Part shown: piece by piece, positions 7,925 through 17,600 of the stretch
Layout: each line of letters starts with the position of its first letter
Numbering within the stretch: position 1 is the first letter of the stretch
Origin: a virus
DNA: 64,000 bases
Reading direction: 5' to 3' (one strand)
Virus record (IMG/VR): IMGVR_UViG_3300025112_000005
Span: 16,206 to 80,205 of that record
Notes under the pieces: generated by a model
What the model was told of the DNA's origin: nothing
The model's database searches: none
Seen by the model: the letters and a program-made list of their open reading frames with translations, nothing else
Position numbers and translations under genes: made by a program

Positions 7925-10900
7925 ATGTTGACGATGGCGAGCGTGGCGCGGTTGGCGAAGGCGAAGGGCAAGGACTACCGCGAGCGCGAAGCGGCGGGCC
8001 AAACGACCCTCTTCGGCGGCGGCGCCAGTGACGCGGACAGCGGTCACAGGCCCCGACGGCGTCGTCCCCGGGGGCCGGGCGCTGAGGCGGAACGCAATCA
8101 CGCACTTCGCTCGCAGCATCACCGGAAGAGGGCGGAGGATCACCAGCATCGACGCACGCCGGGGGCGCCGGGGGCGCAGGAGCACGCACAGGCGATCATG
8201 GCGCACAACAACGCGGCGGACGCACACAACGCGGCGCGGACGGCGCACGCGGAGGGCCGACCCGGGGCAGAAGCAGCCGCGGAGCGAGCGAACGACCGGA
8301 CACGAGACGCGGAAGCCGCATCTATCAGGGCGAGGAGCAAGGAAACCCCTCGCCACACGGGGCGCCACGGTGAGGAGGGGGGCCGAGGTAGTGGCCGGAT
8401 CCGCGACGCGCTGGACCCCGGCGGGCGAGCGCCTGCCCCGCGTGATCCGGTGTCTGACCACCAGATCGGACGCAGGGCCGCGCACCACGCAGACGCAGCA
8501 GCCGCACACCGCGCCGTGGCAGCAGGACGCCCGTCCGACGCGAAGCAACACCGCGCCGCGGCAGACGCGCACGAGAACGCGTCTGTGCTACATGCGGCAG
8601 GGCACGCCGACGCAGGCCGGGCGAGCGTTGAAGCGCTGGCGGCCAGCGATGCCGTTGCGGGTGGACGCGGTGCCACGAGCAGCGGCGATGATGCCCGGGA
8701 CCGGCGCGAGGGGGAGGCCCGCGGGCGCGTCGCCCAGGCGAAGGCGAAGCTGGACGCGGCGAAGAAGAAGGCCGGCGACAAGCCCCCGAGCGGCTACTAC
8801 CCCGCGAAGCGCTCCAAGAAGGGCGGCTTTACGGACGGCAAGGGCAACTACTGGTACCCCGGCAAGGGCGCGAAGCCCGCGGGGGCTCACGACGGCGAGC
8901 ACGGCAAGGACGCGGCGCTGGCGCACCACGACGAGCGCCGGGCGCACCACGACGAGATGGCGCTGGAGCACAAGAAGGCGGCGGCTGATCCCTACCGGAC
9001 GATGGAGAGCCGGGGGAAGCACGCGGACGCAGAGCGCAAGCACCACCACGCAGCGGTACACCACGGCGCGGCGCACGCAGACATCCGCGCGGGGCGCGTG
9101 GAGCCGAGCGACCCCAAGAGACACGACACCCTGGCGGGGACCACATCCGAGTGGGCCGACGACCACGACCGGGCGCAGTGGAACGACGAAGATGCGCACC
9201 ACCACGACGAAGCGGCGCGGCACCGGGCGAAGGCGGCCGAGCTGGGCGGCCACGGGCCGGAGACCCGGGCGCATCTGAACGCGGCGGACGCGCACGAAGA
9301 GGCGCACCGGCACGGGCGGGGCAGCATCGACACCCGAGCCCGCGACGTGTTCAGCGAGCGGGCCAACAAGGCGGGGGAGAAGGCCACGGCCGCGAGCAAG
9401 GCGGCGCGCAAGAAGGCCACGAGCAAGCCCCATACGCGTCACTCGTTCAATGAGGCGTTGAAGGGGCGAGACCGCAAGGGGCGCGCGGAGCTGTGGCACG
9501 AAGTGCTGGAGGGCGCGGGACTGACGGGGAGCGACCAGCCCAACTGGAACAGCCTCGGCAGCATCGAGACGCTACGTGCGACCCTCGCCCGGCGCGAGGG
9601 CTGGGAGGAGGGCCGCAAGAAGATGGCGGCGCTGGACGCGGAGCTGAAGAAGCGCGGGATGTTGCCCCTCACCGACGACGAGATGATGGACCGCGAAGCA
9701 GCGCGCATGGACGCGGAGGGCGTGCCCCACCCGCGTGACGCCCTGGACGCGCACACGGCGTACAAGAAGACCAAGGGTGCACTGGGTACGGATCTGGTCG
9801 AGTACCTGGAGATGAACGCATACAAGGTGCCCCCCGGGGCGCACGACCTGACGTCGTTGACGGACAAGGAACTGCGCAAGCTCAAGGGGCAGGTGTGGAA
9901 CGCGCTGAACGCCCCTGGACACGGCCATGCGTCGGTTCGCACACGGCGGCAGGCGCGGAAGGCGGCGAGCGCCCTGAGCGCGGAGGCGGATCGGCGTCTC
10001 AACGAGGGACACAAGGACAAGGCGGATCGGCGCAAGACCGGCGGCTTCGGCTCCCAGGCCGAGGTAGACGCGGCGTTTGAGGGCGGCGACCCGATGGGGC
10101 TGGACCCCAACGCGGCGGCCAGTGCGTCCATGAAGCAGAAGCCCGGCGCGGTGAAGCAGGCTGCGGCGGCGAGCGTCAGCGCGCGGACGGAGAAGGACAC
10201 GCCGAAGCCGGGGAGCCACGCTGCATTGGTCGCGGCGGGGAAGGCGGCTCTGGAGCGTGCGGACCACCCGCAACACAAGGTGCCGAAGGCCCTGCTGAAC
10301 CGGGGCGGGCGCCTGGGACGTGAGCGGGGCATCAAGGAGGCGGCGGAGAGCTGGTACAAGCACCCGGGCCACAGCGGGATGCCGGCGCGGCACGAGGTGA
10401 TCAAGCAGGTGCAGAAGGACCGGCAGCGGTGGCACGAGGACGGCGGTGGCAAGGGGTCGAGTAAGGTCGCGGACTTGGCGCCGAGCTACCTGCACGAGTA
10501 CGCGAAGCACGCGGCGTCTCAGTACGGGGACACGCCGCAGGCGGCCCCCGACCCCCAGGAACACGGGCTGTCGGGTGGGGAGGCGGCGGATCTGGTCAGC
10601 CGCTTCACGAAGCTCATGGGCACGCCCGAGGAGCCCACGAGCTGGTCCGGCGACCACGGAGGTGCGCAGATGCCCGCTGAGCACGGGCACGGCGAGGACT
10701 TCCACAGGCGGCTGATGACCGAGGCGCGCACAAACGCGGCGTCGTCCCGTTCGGGTATCCACAACAGCGCCCACCTGCACCGCATCGTCCAGCAGGCGGA
10801 CCAGCACGTGGCCGACTTCGCGGAGAGCAAGAGCAGTCACCGTAGCGGCGGTGCTGTGGCGACGTACCACCCCGACGAAGAGCAGCACTGGGGCACGGCG

Positions 10901-11020
10901 ATGGCTGCGCTCCAGAACGCGCACGGCGATACGCACCGCTTCGAGGCGAAGCGCCGCAAGACGGACAACCAGATGGTGATTCGGGCTCACCGGAAGTCGG
11001 GGAAGAGCCCAAAAGCGTAG
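7925..11020 (+). CDS. Giant His/Ala-rich mosaic head-cargo protein 1
   Basis: GGAGGA RBS; N-terminal RLAKA; YREREAAGQTTLFG and PPSGYYPAKRSKKGGFTDGKGNYWYPG modules shared with other head-region giants; AH..AA.AH repeats. Confidence 0.8.
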   Translation: MLTMASVARLAKAKGKDYREREAAGQTTLFGGGASDADSGHRPRRRRPRGPGAEAERNHALRSQHHRKRAEDHQHRRTPGAPGAQEHAQAIMAHNNAADAHNAARTAHAEGRPGAEAAAERANDRTRDAEAASIRARSKETPRHTGRHGEEGGRGSGRIRDALDPGGRAPAPRDPVSDHQIGRRAAHHADAAAAHRAVAAGRPSDAKQHRAAADAHENASVLHAAGHADAGRASVEALAASDAVAGGRGATSSGDDARDRREGEARGRVAQAKAKLDAAKKKAGDKPPSGYYPAKRSKKGGFTDGKGNYWYPGKGAKPAGAHDGEHGKDAALAHHDERRAHHDEMALEHKKAAADPYRTMESRGKHADAERKHHHAAVHHGAAHADIRAGRVEPSDPKRHDTLAGTTSEWADDHDRAQWNDEDAHHHDEAARHRAKAAELGGHGPETRAHLNAADAHEEAHRHGRGSIDTRARDVFSERANKAGEKATAASKAARKKATSKPHTRHSFNEALKGRDRKGRAELWHEVLEGAGLTGSDQPNWNSLGSIETLRATLARREGWEEGRKKMAALDAELKKRGMLPLTDDEMMDREAARMDAEGVPHPRDALDAHTAYKKTKGALGTDLVEYLEMNAYKVPPGAHDLTSLTDKELRKLKGQVWNALNAPGHGHASVRTRRQARKAASALSAEADRRLNEGHKDKADRRKTGGFGSQAEVDAAFEGGDPMGLDPNAAASASMKQKPGAVKQAAAASVSARTEKDTPKPGSHAALVAAGKAALERADHPQHKVPKALLNRGGRLGRERGIKEAAESWYKHPGHSGMPARHEVIKQVQKDRQRWHEDGGGKGSSKVADLAPSYLHEYAKHAASQYGDTPQAAPDPQEHGLSGGEAADLVSRFTKLMGTPEEPTSWSGDHGGAQMPAEHGHGEDFHRRLMTEARTNAASSRSGIHNSAHLHRIVQQADQHVADFAESKSSHRSGGAVATYHPDEEQHWGTAMAALQNAHGDTHRFEAKRRKTDNQMVIRAHRKSGKSPKA

Positions 11021-11052
11021 CCCCGGCGAGCACCGGGGACCACGTCGAGACC

Positions 11053-11409
11053 GTGCAGGCGGCATTCAAGGCGCACCGGGTCAACCGTTCGCAGGCGTCG
11101 CGTCTCCTCGCGTTCTTGCACGGAGAGGCCAGCATCGGCGAGGGCGAAGGGGACGCGACTGTGCGCGCGTTGAAAAGCCGCGGGCTGATTGAGAACACGG
11201 CATGGAGACAGGAGCCGGGGGAGTACGGCTACCAGCACGCACAGCTCACGGCCAAGGGGCGCGAGCTGGCGCGCGCGTTGGCCCACGCAGGCGTTTCGGA
11301 TGCGGGCGCGGCTGAGCTGTTGAGCGCGCGAGTAGTGCAGGGACGCCCCGCACCTCCGACACGCCGCTGGCGCGAGGGGCTGGAGAAAGACAGAAAGCGG
11401 AAGCCATGA
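11053..11409 (+). CDS. Hypothetical protein, possible winged helix
   Basis: TVRALKSRGLIE...QLTAKGRELA resembles a wHTH wing. Confidence 0.5.
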   Translation: MQAAFKAHRVNRSQASRLLAFLHGEASIGEGEGDATVRALKSRGLIENTAWRQEPGEYGYQHAQLTAKGRELARALAHAGVSDAGAAELLSARVVQGRPAPPTRRWREGLEKDRKRKP

Positions 11410-11633
11410 GCGACGACGGTGAGCACAAGACGGTCAGCATGAAACTGGCGATGTCCGTCCTGACCACGCTACTGGCGGTCATTGGCGGGCTGACCACGGT
11501 CACGCTGGACAAGGCCACCCAGGCGGCCGAGGCCCGCGCGGAGAACGCCGTGATGACCACCCAGGTGAAGGCGTGCGGTGACGTAATGTCCCGCTCGGAG
11601 AAGCTGCTGGCGGCATTGGAGGCGAGCCGATGA
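11406..11633 (+). CDS. Small membrane protein
   Basis: Hydrophobic LAMSVLTTLLAVIGGLTTV; ATGA overlaps. Confidence 0.65.
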   Translation: MSDDGEHKTVSMKLAMSVLTTLLAVIGGLTTVTLDKATQAAEARAENAVMTTQVKACGDVMSRSEKLLAALEASR

Positions 11634-11875
11634 ACACCCCGATCATTTTGGTGGCGGCGGCGGCGTTGACTGCGCTCGTGTTCCTGGCCGCCCCTGACGG
11701 CGCGGTGCCCGATGCAGGCAAAGACGCCGGCAAGGACGCAGGCGCCCCTGTGGCGGACGCGCACGCCCCAGCGCCCCCGACACCCCCCGAGGCGGTGCAG
11801 AAGGCGGCTGAGGAGCTACGCAAGGCGATGGAAGAGGCCAAGATGCAGATGCAGAAGGCCGGGCCGAAGCGCTAG
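11630..11875 (+). CDS. Small signal-anchored protein with DAG repeats
   Basis: N-terminal hydrophobic segment then PDAGKDAGKDAG. Confidence 0.65.
   Translation: MNTPIILVAAAALTALVFLAAPDGAVPDAGKDAGKDAGAPVADAHAPAPPTPPEAVQKAAEELRKAMEEAKMQMQKAGPKR
11821..11858. repeat. 38-nt inverted repeat, copy 2 (partner at 5971-6008)
   Basis: CAAGGCGATGGAAGAGGCCAAGATGCAGATGCAGAAGG. Confidence 0.95.
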
Positions 11876-12150
11876 ACTCCCGAGCACCCCGGGCGCAGAA
11901 CGTCGACCAGGAGCAGCACCCGACGTGAGCAGGGGTGATCCGGGTCGGCGCGTGCGGCGGCTTCCACGCCGTCGAGGTACCAGCACTGGACGGGGTACCC
12001 AGCGCGCGCCATCCTACGCAGCCCCGCGGCGACTTGCCGTAAATCGAACCCTTGAGCGTTGCCCGTGCCCATGCGCAGAGCGTACCCCTCGCGTGACCCA
12101 TTCGCCGAGTGGCTGGCGATGTCTACATGCTCGTTTGACCATGTAGACAT
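11872..12150 (-). CDS. Possible lone antisense small protein (92 aa)
   Basis: MSTWSNEHVDIASHSANG...PGCSGV fills the only large gap between + genes and converges on the 11630 gene. Confidence 0.4.
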   Translation of the reverse strand: MSTWSNEHVDIASHSANGSREGYALRMGTGNAQGFDLRQVAAGLRRMARAGYPVQCWYLDGVEAAARADPDHPCSRRVLLLVDVLRPGCSGV

Positions 12151-12193
12151 TTCCCGCCACCCTCGTGGGGCTGCGTGCTCGTGCGCCCCGGCG

Positions 12194-12222
12194 CCCGTGG
12201 TTCGATTCCACGGGCTGGCTCC
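12194..12222 (+). other. tRNA T-arm-like hairpin / 3' tRNA fragment
   Basis: CCCGTGGTTCGATTCCACGGG: canonical T-loop in a 7-bp stem; no matching 5' acceptor strand found. Confidence 0.4.
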
Positions 12223-12411
12223 TCCGCTTAGTTCGGAGCTGCCCCCGTCCCGGGGTACCGGAGGCGGGGAACGCGGGCACGCAGCGTCAACACCTTGACC
12301 ATGTAGCGGCAACCGGGCAGGATCAGGCCCTGCCGGCTTTATCCGCTCGCGCGAGCCCGCGTCAATCAACGGACGCTGGTAGGGTGGGCGGCTCAACCAC
12401 CGGAGGCTTAT

Positions 12412-12690
12412 ATGCCCGTCCGACACCTGAAGATCCGCAACTCCAAGCTCTACGGCACCCGCGTGTTCAACGTGGATGCCGAAGGTCGTGTGACCGCGGA
12501 GGACGGGAGCAACCCGACCCCCGTGGAGGCGGCGCGGTTCGCCACGATGGCCAATTACCACGTGACCCCCGACGACGCGGATGCGGCGGTAGAGCCGCAC
12601 GCGACCAAGGCGCCCGAGCCCGAGCCCCCGAAGGCGAAGGCGAAAGACGCCCAGGCGCGTCCCCCGCGGCGGCGCAAGCGCAGCAAGTGA
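12412..12690 (+). CDS. Hypothetical protein upstream of TerL
   Basis: GGAGG RBS; GTGA overlap with TerL. Confidence 0.75.
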   Translation: MPVRHLKIRNSKLYGTRVFNVDAEGRVTAEDGSNPTPVEAARFATMANYHVTPDDADAAVEPHATKAPEPEPPKAKAKDAQARPPRRRKRSK

Positions 12691-14408
12691 GCATCGCGGC
12701 TCAGCTCCTCGCGACCCCCGAGGGGCGCCGAGGGCTGGCCGCGGGGTCCCCCGCTTTCTTCGACACGCTTTATTGCGGGATGCGGCAGGCGGCGCACCGA
12801 CGGCGCTGGCTGGACGTGGTCGAAGAGACGATGGTCACCGCGCGGCGGACCCGTCGGAAGGGGCGGCTGCTGCTGTTGGCCCCGCGTGACCACGGCAAGA
12901 CCGAGCTGGCGATCAGCCTTGCGCTGCGGCAGGTGTGTTTGAACCGCGACGTGCGGATCTTGTGGATCAGCGAAGCGGCGGGCGTGGCAGAGAAGCGCGT
13001 GCGGCGCCTACGGTCGTTGCTTACGTCGGACAAGGTCGCGGAGGATTGGTGCAGCGCCCCGGAGGCGGGGCTGGGACCTTTCCGAGCGAACGACGAGAAA
13101 TGGACAAACACCCAGCTCTACGTCACCCGCAAGCTGGCCAGCGTGGACCCCACGATCGAGGCGGTCGGCAGCGGCGGCGCAATCACGGGCGGTCACTTTG
13201 ATCTGATTCTGTGCGACGACCTGGAAGACGACCGGACGACGTACACGGAGGGCCAGCGCGAGAAGACGCGCACGTGGTGGGCGGGCACCGTGCTTCCAAT
13301 GCTCAACCGCGGCGGAACGCTGGCGGTGATCGGGACGCGCAAGCACGCCGACGACCTATATGCCCGGCTGCGGAAGTCGCCATTGTGGCGCGTGATCGAG
13401 GACCCCGCGATCCTGAAGTGGCCCGACGCGCACGAGGTTGAGACGGAGCCCGACCCGAAGACCGGGCAGGAGCTTGTCACCCGGATCCGCGTCGAGGGCG
13501 ATTCTGAAGTGCTGTGGCCCGAGGAGCGCCCCATCGAGTACCTGCTGGGCGAGCGCTACGGCATGGGCTCGCTGTTCTTCGCCCGCGAGTTTCAGCACCA
13601 AGTGCAGGACGACAGCGCGGCGGCGTTCAAGTGGGAGTGGTTGGAGCTGGCGAAGAAGCGCGGGCGCGGGCTGCACCTGGGCCAGCTCCCGCCCGTGGAG
13701 GACCTTCTGCTGGTGCAGGGCTGGGACCTTGCGCTGGTGACCGACGAGGATCGAGCGCGCGCCCAGGACAGCGACTACGTGGTGGGCATCGGCTGGGGCA
13801 AGGACCCGAAGACGGGTGACCGCTACCTCGTGAGCGGGCTACGCAAGCGCGGCATGTCCCCCGGGCGCATCCGGGGCGAGGTCATGGGCGAATTCGAGGC
13901 GCTGGGCGGGCTGCGCAAGGTGCGTGCGGTTGGCGTCGAGCGGAACGCGTTCGGGGAGCTGCACTACATGGGGCTCAAGCGGACGACGGACCTACCGATC
14001 AAGCCCCACATGACGACGGGGCCGAAGAAGGCCGACCCGTGGGAGGGCGTGCCCGCGCTGGCCACGCTCTTCGAGAACGGAAAGGTGGTGCTGCCCTACC
14101 ACCCCGACGACCCCGAGGGGCGGGCGTTCGTGGACGTGCTGTGCGCGGAGCTGTGGGGGCTGGGGCGCGAGGCGCACGACGACACCGTCATGGCGCTGTG
14201 GATCGCGGAGTGCGTGCTGCGCGGCGCCGGCTTCCAATACCGCGTGGCGACGGGCGACGCGATCCACGAGATGGCGGGGACCGTGTACGACGAGCCCCCG
14301 ATCAAGGCAGACGACAGGCGGTCCCAAGAGCTGTGGGACGGCATCGCGGGGATGTTCCCCGGAGCGGATTTCGGAGACGATGATGACGACGACGAAGCTG
14401 ATCCGTAA
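12687..14408 (+). CDS. terL: Terminase large subunit
   Basis: Walker A LAPRDHGKT, Walker B ILCDD, coupling motif VIGTR, nuclease QGWDLA...ERNAF...HDDTVMA. Confidence 0.95.
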   Translation: MSIAAQLLATPEGRRGLAAGSPAFFDTLYCGMRQAAHRRRWLDVVEETMVTARRTRRKGRLLLLAPRDHGKTELAISLALRQVCLNRDVRILWISEAAGVAEKRVRRLRSLLTSDKVAEDWCSAPEAGLGPFRANDEKWTNTQLYVTRKLASVDPTIEAVGSGGAITGGHFDLILCDDLEDDRTTYTEGQREKTRTWWAGTVLPMLNRGGTLAVIGTRKHADDLYARLRKSPLWRVIEDPAILKWPDAHEVETEPDPKTGQELVTRIRVEGDSEVLWPEERPIEYLLGERYGMGSLFFAREFQHQVQDDSAAAFKWEWLELAKKRGRGLHLGQLPPVEDLLLVQGWDLALVTDEDRARAQDSDYVVGIGWGKDPKTGDRYLVSGLRKRGMSPGRIRGEVMGEFEALGGLRKVRAVGVERNAFGELHYMGLKRTTDLPIKPHMTTGPKKADPWEGVPALATLFENGKVVLPYHPDDPEGRAFVDVLCAELWGLGREAHDDTVMALWIAECVLRGAGFQYRVATGDAIHEMAGTVYDEPPIKADDRRSQELWDGIAGMFPGADFGDDDDDDEADP

Positions 14409-14622
14409 CCGCGGGCTGGGGCCGACTCAACGCAAGGTGTTGGAGGCGCTGCGTTCCGAGGCGGTGTCATGGACCCGCGCGGAGCTGGAAGAGATCACGG
14501 GGTGTACGATCCCGCAAGTACGCAGCGCGCTGAACGGGCTGCTACGCCGGGAGCTGGTGGCGCGCGCTCGCGACGGCGACCACAAGACAGCCCCTTGGGT
14601 CTGGTGGGCGCTCAGCGAGTAG
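14380..14622 (+). CDS. Winged-helix DNA-binding protein
   Basis: WTRAELEEITGCTIPQVRSALNGLLRRELV. Confidence 0.7.
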   Translation: MMTTTKLIRNRGLGPTQRKVLEALRSEAVSWTRAELEEITGCTIPQVRSALNGLLRRELVARARDGDHKTAPWVWWALSE

Positions 14623-14631
14623 CCGTGTAGG

Positions 14632-17600
14632 ATGGGCGGCGGAATGCTGACCTATGCCGAGCTGATCAAGGCGCACGCGGCGACCTACCATGGCAAGGGG
14701 CGCCGTACGGGTGTGCCGGGGCACTACAGCTACGACTACGACGAGCCCGCGCGGCGGGGCAGTGGGCGCGGCCAGCGCAAGCGGGAGGCGCTGGAGGCGG
14801 CGGGCCAGCTCTCGTTGCTGGGTCCAATGCAGCCAAGCGCGGCGCCCCCCGCCGCCCGTGAGGAGCCGAAGCCCGAGCGCCCCCAGCTCGCGCACGACCA
14901 CCCCGCGGTGAGTGAGCCCAGCGCGCGCATCACCCGGTACGACCTGAAGCAAGCGGCTGGCGTGCGCGCCGAGCTGGCGAAGATCGCGGACGAGCTGGAG
15001 AAGCTGCCCAACGGCGCAGACTGGCGACATGGCCGAGCGCGCGAGCTGGTTCGCGAAGTGGGCCGCGCCAGCACAAACGTCTTGCGGTGGGCGATGAAGC
15101 TGGAGCTGTGGGACAAACCCGACCACGAGGGCGGGCTGGACGCATTGATGAGCGGGCTCAACCGCAGCAGCGTGCTGGAGGGCGGCCCCCAGGCGACCGC
15201 GCGGCGCCTTCGGCGCATTCACAGAAAGCTGGCCGCGTCGGCGAAGCGTGGGACTGAGGACGTGTCCCACGAGGAGCGGCTGGAGACGCAGCAGGTGGGC
15301 GCCGTCCAGCTACAGGTCAGCAGGCACGAGGCAACGCCGGAGATGGCCCGTTCGCTCGCTCACGATCTGCGCGAAGCGCAGGGGCGCATGAAGCGCGCGG
15401 GGTTCCACGAGGCGTACAAAGGCGGGCGGGTCACCCTCAAGAAGCACGCGCGGGAGCACGAGGCGCGATACATGCGAAACGGCCGGTCAGCGGACACGGT
15501 CGAGTGGAACACCAATTCGCTGGGTACGCTGGGGGAGCACGAGGAGACAGTGGCGTCCATCGTCCACGAATTCGGACACCGGCACTACTACCGCAACCTG
15601 CCCAGCCGCGCCGTTGAAGGGTGGGACGCCGAGTCTGCGCGCATGGTCAACGTGGCGCGCGAGGACGTGGACAAGCTGGCCGACTACACGGCGCGCTTCG
15701 CCAGCGACGCGCAGCGCGACGGGGCCACTTACAGCGAGAGGCTGGGGACGGAAAGCGCGTTCTCCGAACGGGTGCGTGCCCACATCACCAATGACCCTGA
15801 CCTGGACCCGGAGACCCGCGCGCTTTACACGGCGATGGTGGGGGTCGTGGGGGAAGACCTGGAAAGCAGGCTGACGACCACCTGGGCGCACCCCGGCGAC
15901 CGCCAGCACGGGCTTGACGATGTGCGGAAAGAGATGCGCGAGAAGCTGGTGGGTGCGCATGTGCCCGTTCACTGGACAACGCAGTACGGGAGCACCAAGC
16001 CAGAGGAGGCATACGCGGAGGCGTTCAAGCTCTACGTGATGCGAGGCCCCCGAGCCCTGGGTGAGCGCACCCGAAAGTTCTTCGAGCACATTAGCAGCCT
16101 GCGCAAGGCGCAAGGCGCGTTCTCAGCACCGCTGGACACCGTGATGGAGCACCGGAAACAGCTCCGCGCGGGGCGGTTGGTAGACGCGATGGATAAGGCG
16201 CTGGGGGTTTTCCGATGCAGGCGTGGCACGCCGAGGGGCTGGCGCTGCTTTGCGGATCTGGTGAAGGCATACACTGCGTATCGCGGGAAGGGCACGCGCC
16301 ACGGCTCCCCGGGGAGCTACACCTACACCTACGACGATGAGCCCAAGGCGAAGGCGAAGAAGAAGGGGCGCCACACGGTGCTCCCCACGTGGGACGCCCC
16401 CGAGCGCATCGACCTGACTCTGGTGGGGTGCAGCAAGTCGAAGGTGGACCACGACGACCCCGTGGCCGTGCGGGACCTGTACCGCAAAGACCTGTGGAAC
16501 AAGCGGCGGGGGTTCGCGGAGGCGCGCTCGCGCCACGGCACCCCCTGGGCGGTGGTCAGCGCCGGCTTGGGCATTGTGGACCCCGACACCCAGGCGACGC
16601 GCTACGACACCCAGGTAAAGGATTTGAAGGGCGACGCGCGGAGCGAGTGGGTGCGCAACACGCGCGAGAGCCTGCGGCAGAAGCTACCCCGCGGCGGGCG
16701 CCTGGAAGTGATCGCCGGGCGTGACTACGTGGCGATGCTGCGGGAGGCGGTCGAGGGGCTGGGCATCGAGCTGGTTAACCCGCTCAAGAGCGTGGGCACA
16801 GGCGACGGGAAGCACTGGCTGGCGGCGCAGACGGATCTGCTGAACAACAAGCCCGCGCCCCGGGAGCCTGAGCAGCTGCGCCCCGCGCAGCAGCAGCTCT
16901 CCCTGTTCGGCCCCGACGACTGGCCCAAGAAGCGCGCGGCGCCCACGCTCTCCGCGTACGCCGAACTGCGCCCCCTGCGAAAGAAGCACGCGGCGGCAGA
17001 GGGTGCGTGGAAGAGGGTGCTGGGGGCAGCGGAGCGGCTGCTGGTGGCGACGGACTACGCGGAGCCCCACACGGTCGAGACGACCCGAGGGACCTACAAG
17101 TACAAGGGGGGCACCCATCGACCCCCCCAGGCGAGCGGGGGGCGGCTGGCGCCCGAGGTGACCCACCAGTTTGCAGGCGTGCTCCCGCAGGGGCGGCTTA
17201 CGCCGGAGAAGCTACATGCGGGGAGGCTGGCGGCGGCGGAGACGATGGCGCGGACGATGAGCCTGGACGAGACCCCCGCGGGTGTTCCGCGCTGGTGGAA
17301 GGCCGAGCGGAAGAGGTTCGTGGACGCTGTGGCGGAGCTGCGCGGTGCGCGTGACACGTACACGTCGATCACGCGACTGTTCCCGGGGAAGCGCTTCGAG
17401 ACCCCGAAGGTAGGCCGCGCCCTGGAGAAGATGGCCCTGGAACGCCGAGGGCTGGAGCGCGAGGCGGACGAACTAGACATCCCCCTGCGGCGGTACTTCG
17501 CCAGCGGGTCCAACAACGCGGGGGAGATTCGCGGGTTTGCTGCGCTGGGCATGAACGTGGGCGTGGCGGTGGACCAGATCAACAGCGCGTCCCTGGAAGC

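Noticed and set aside
12140-12225. Complete tRNA gene
   Set aside because: Only the T-arm is recognisable; no complementary acceptor 5' strand, D-arm or anticodon arm found
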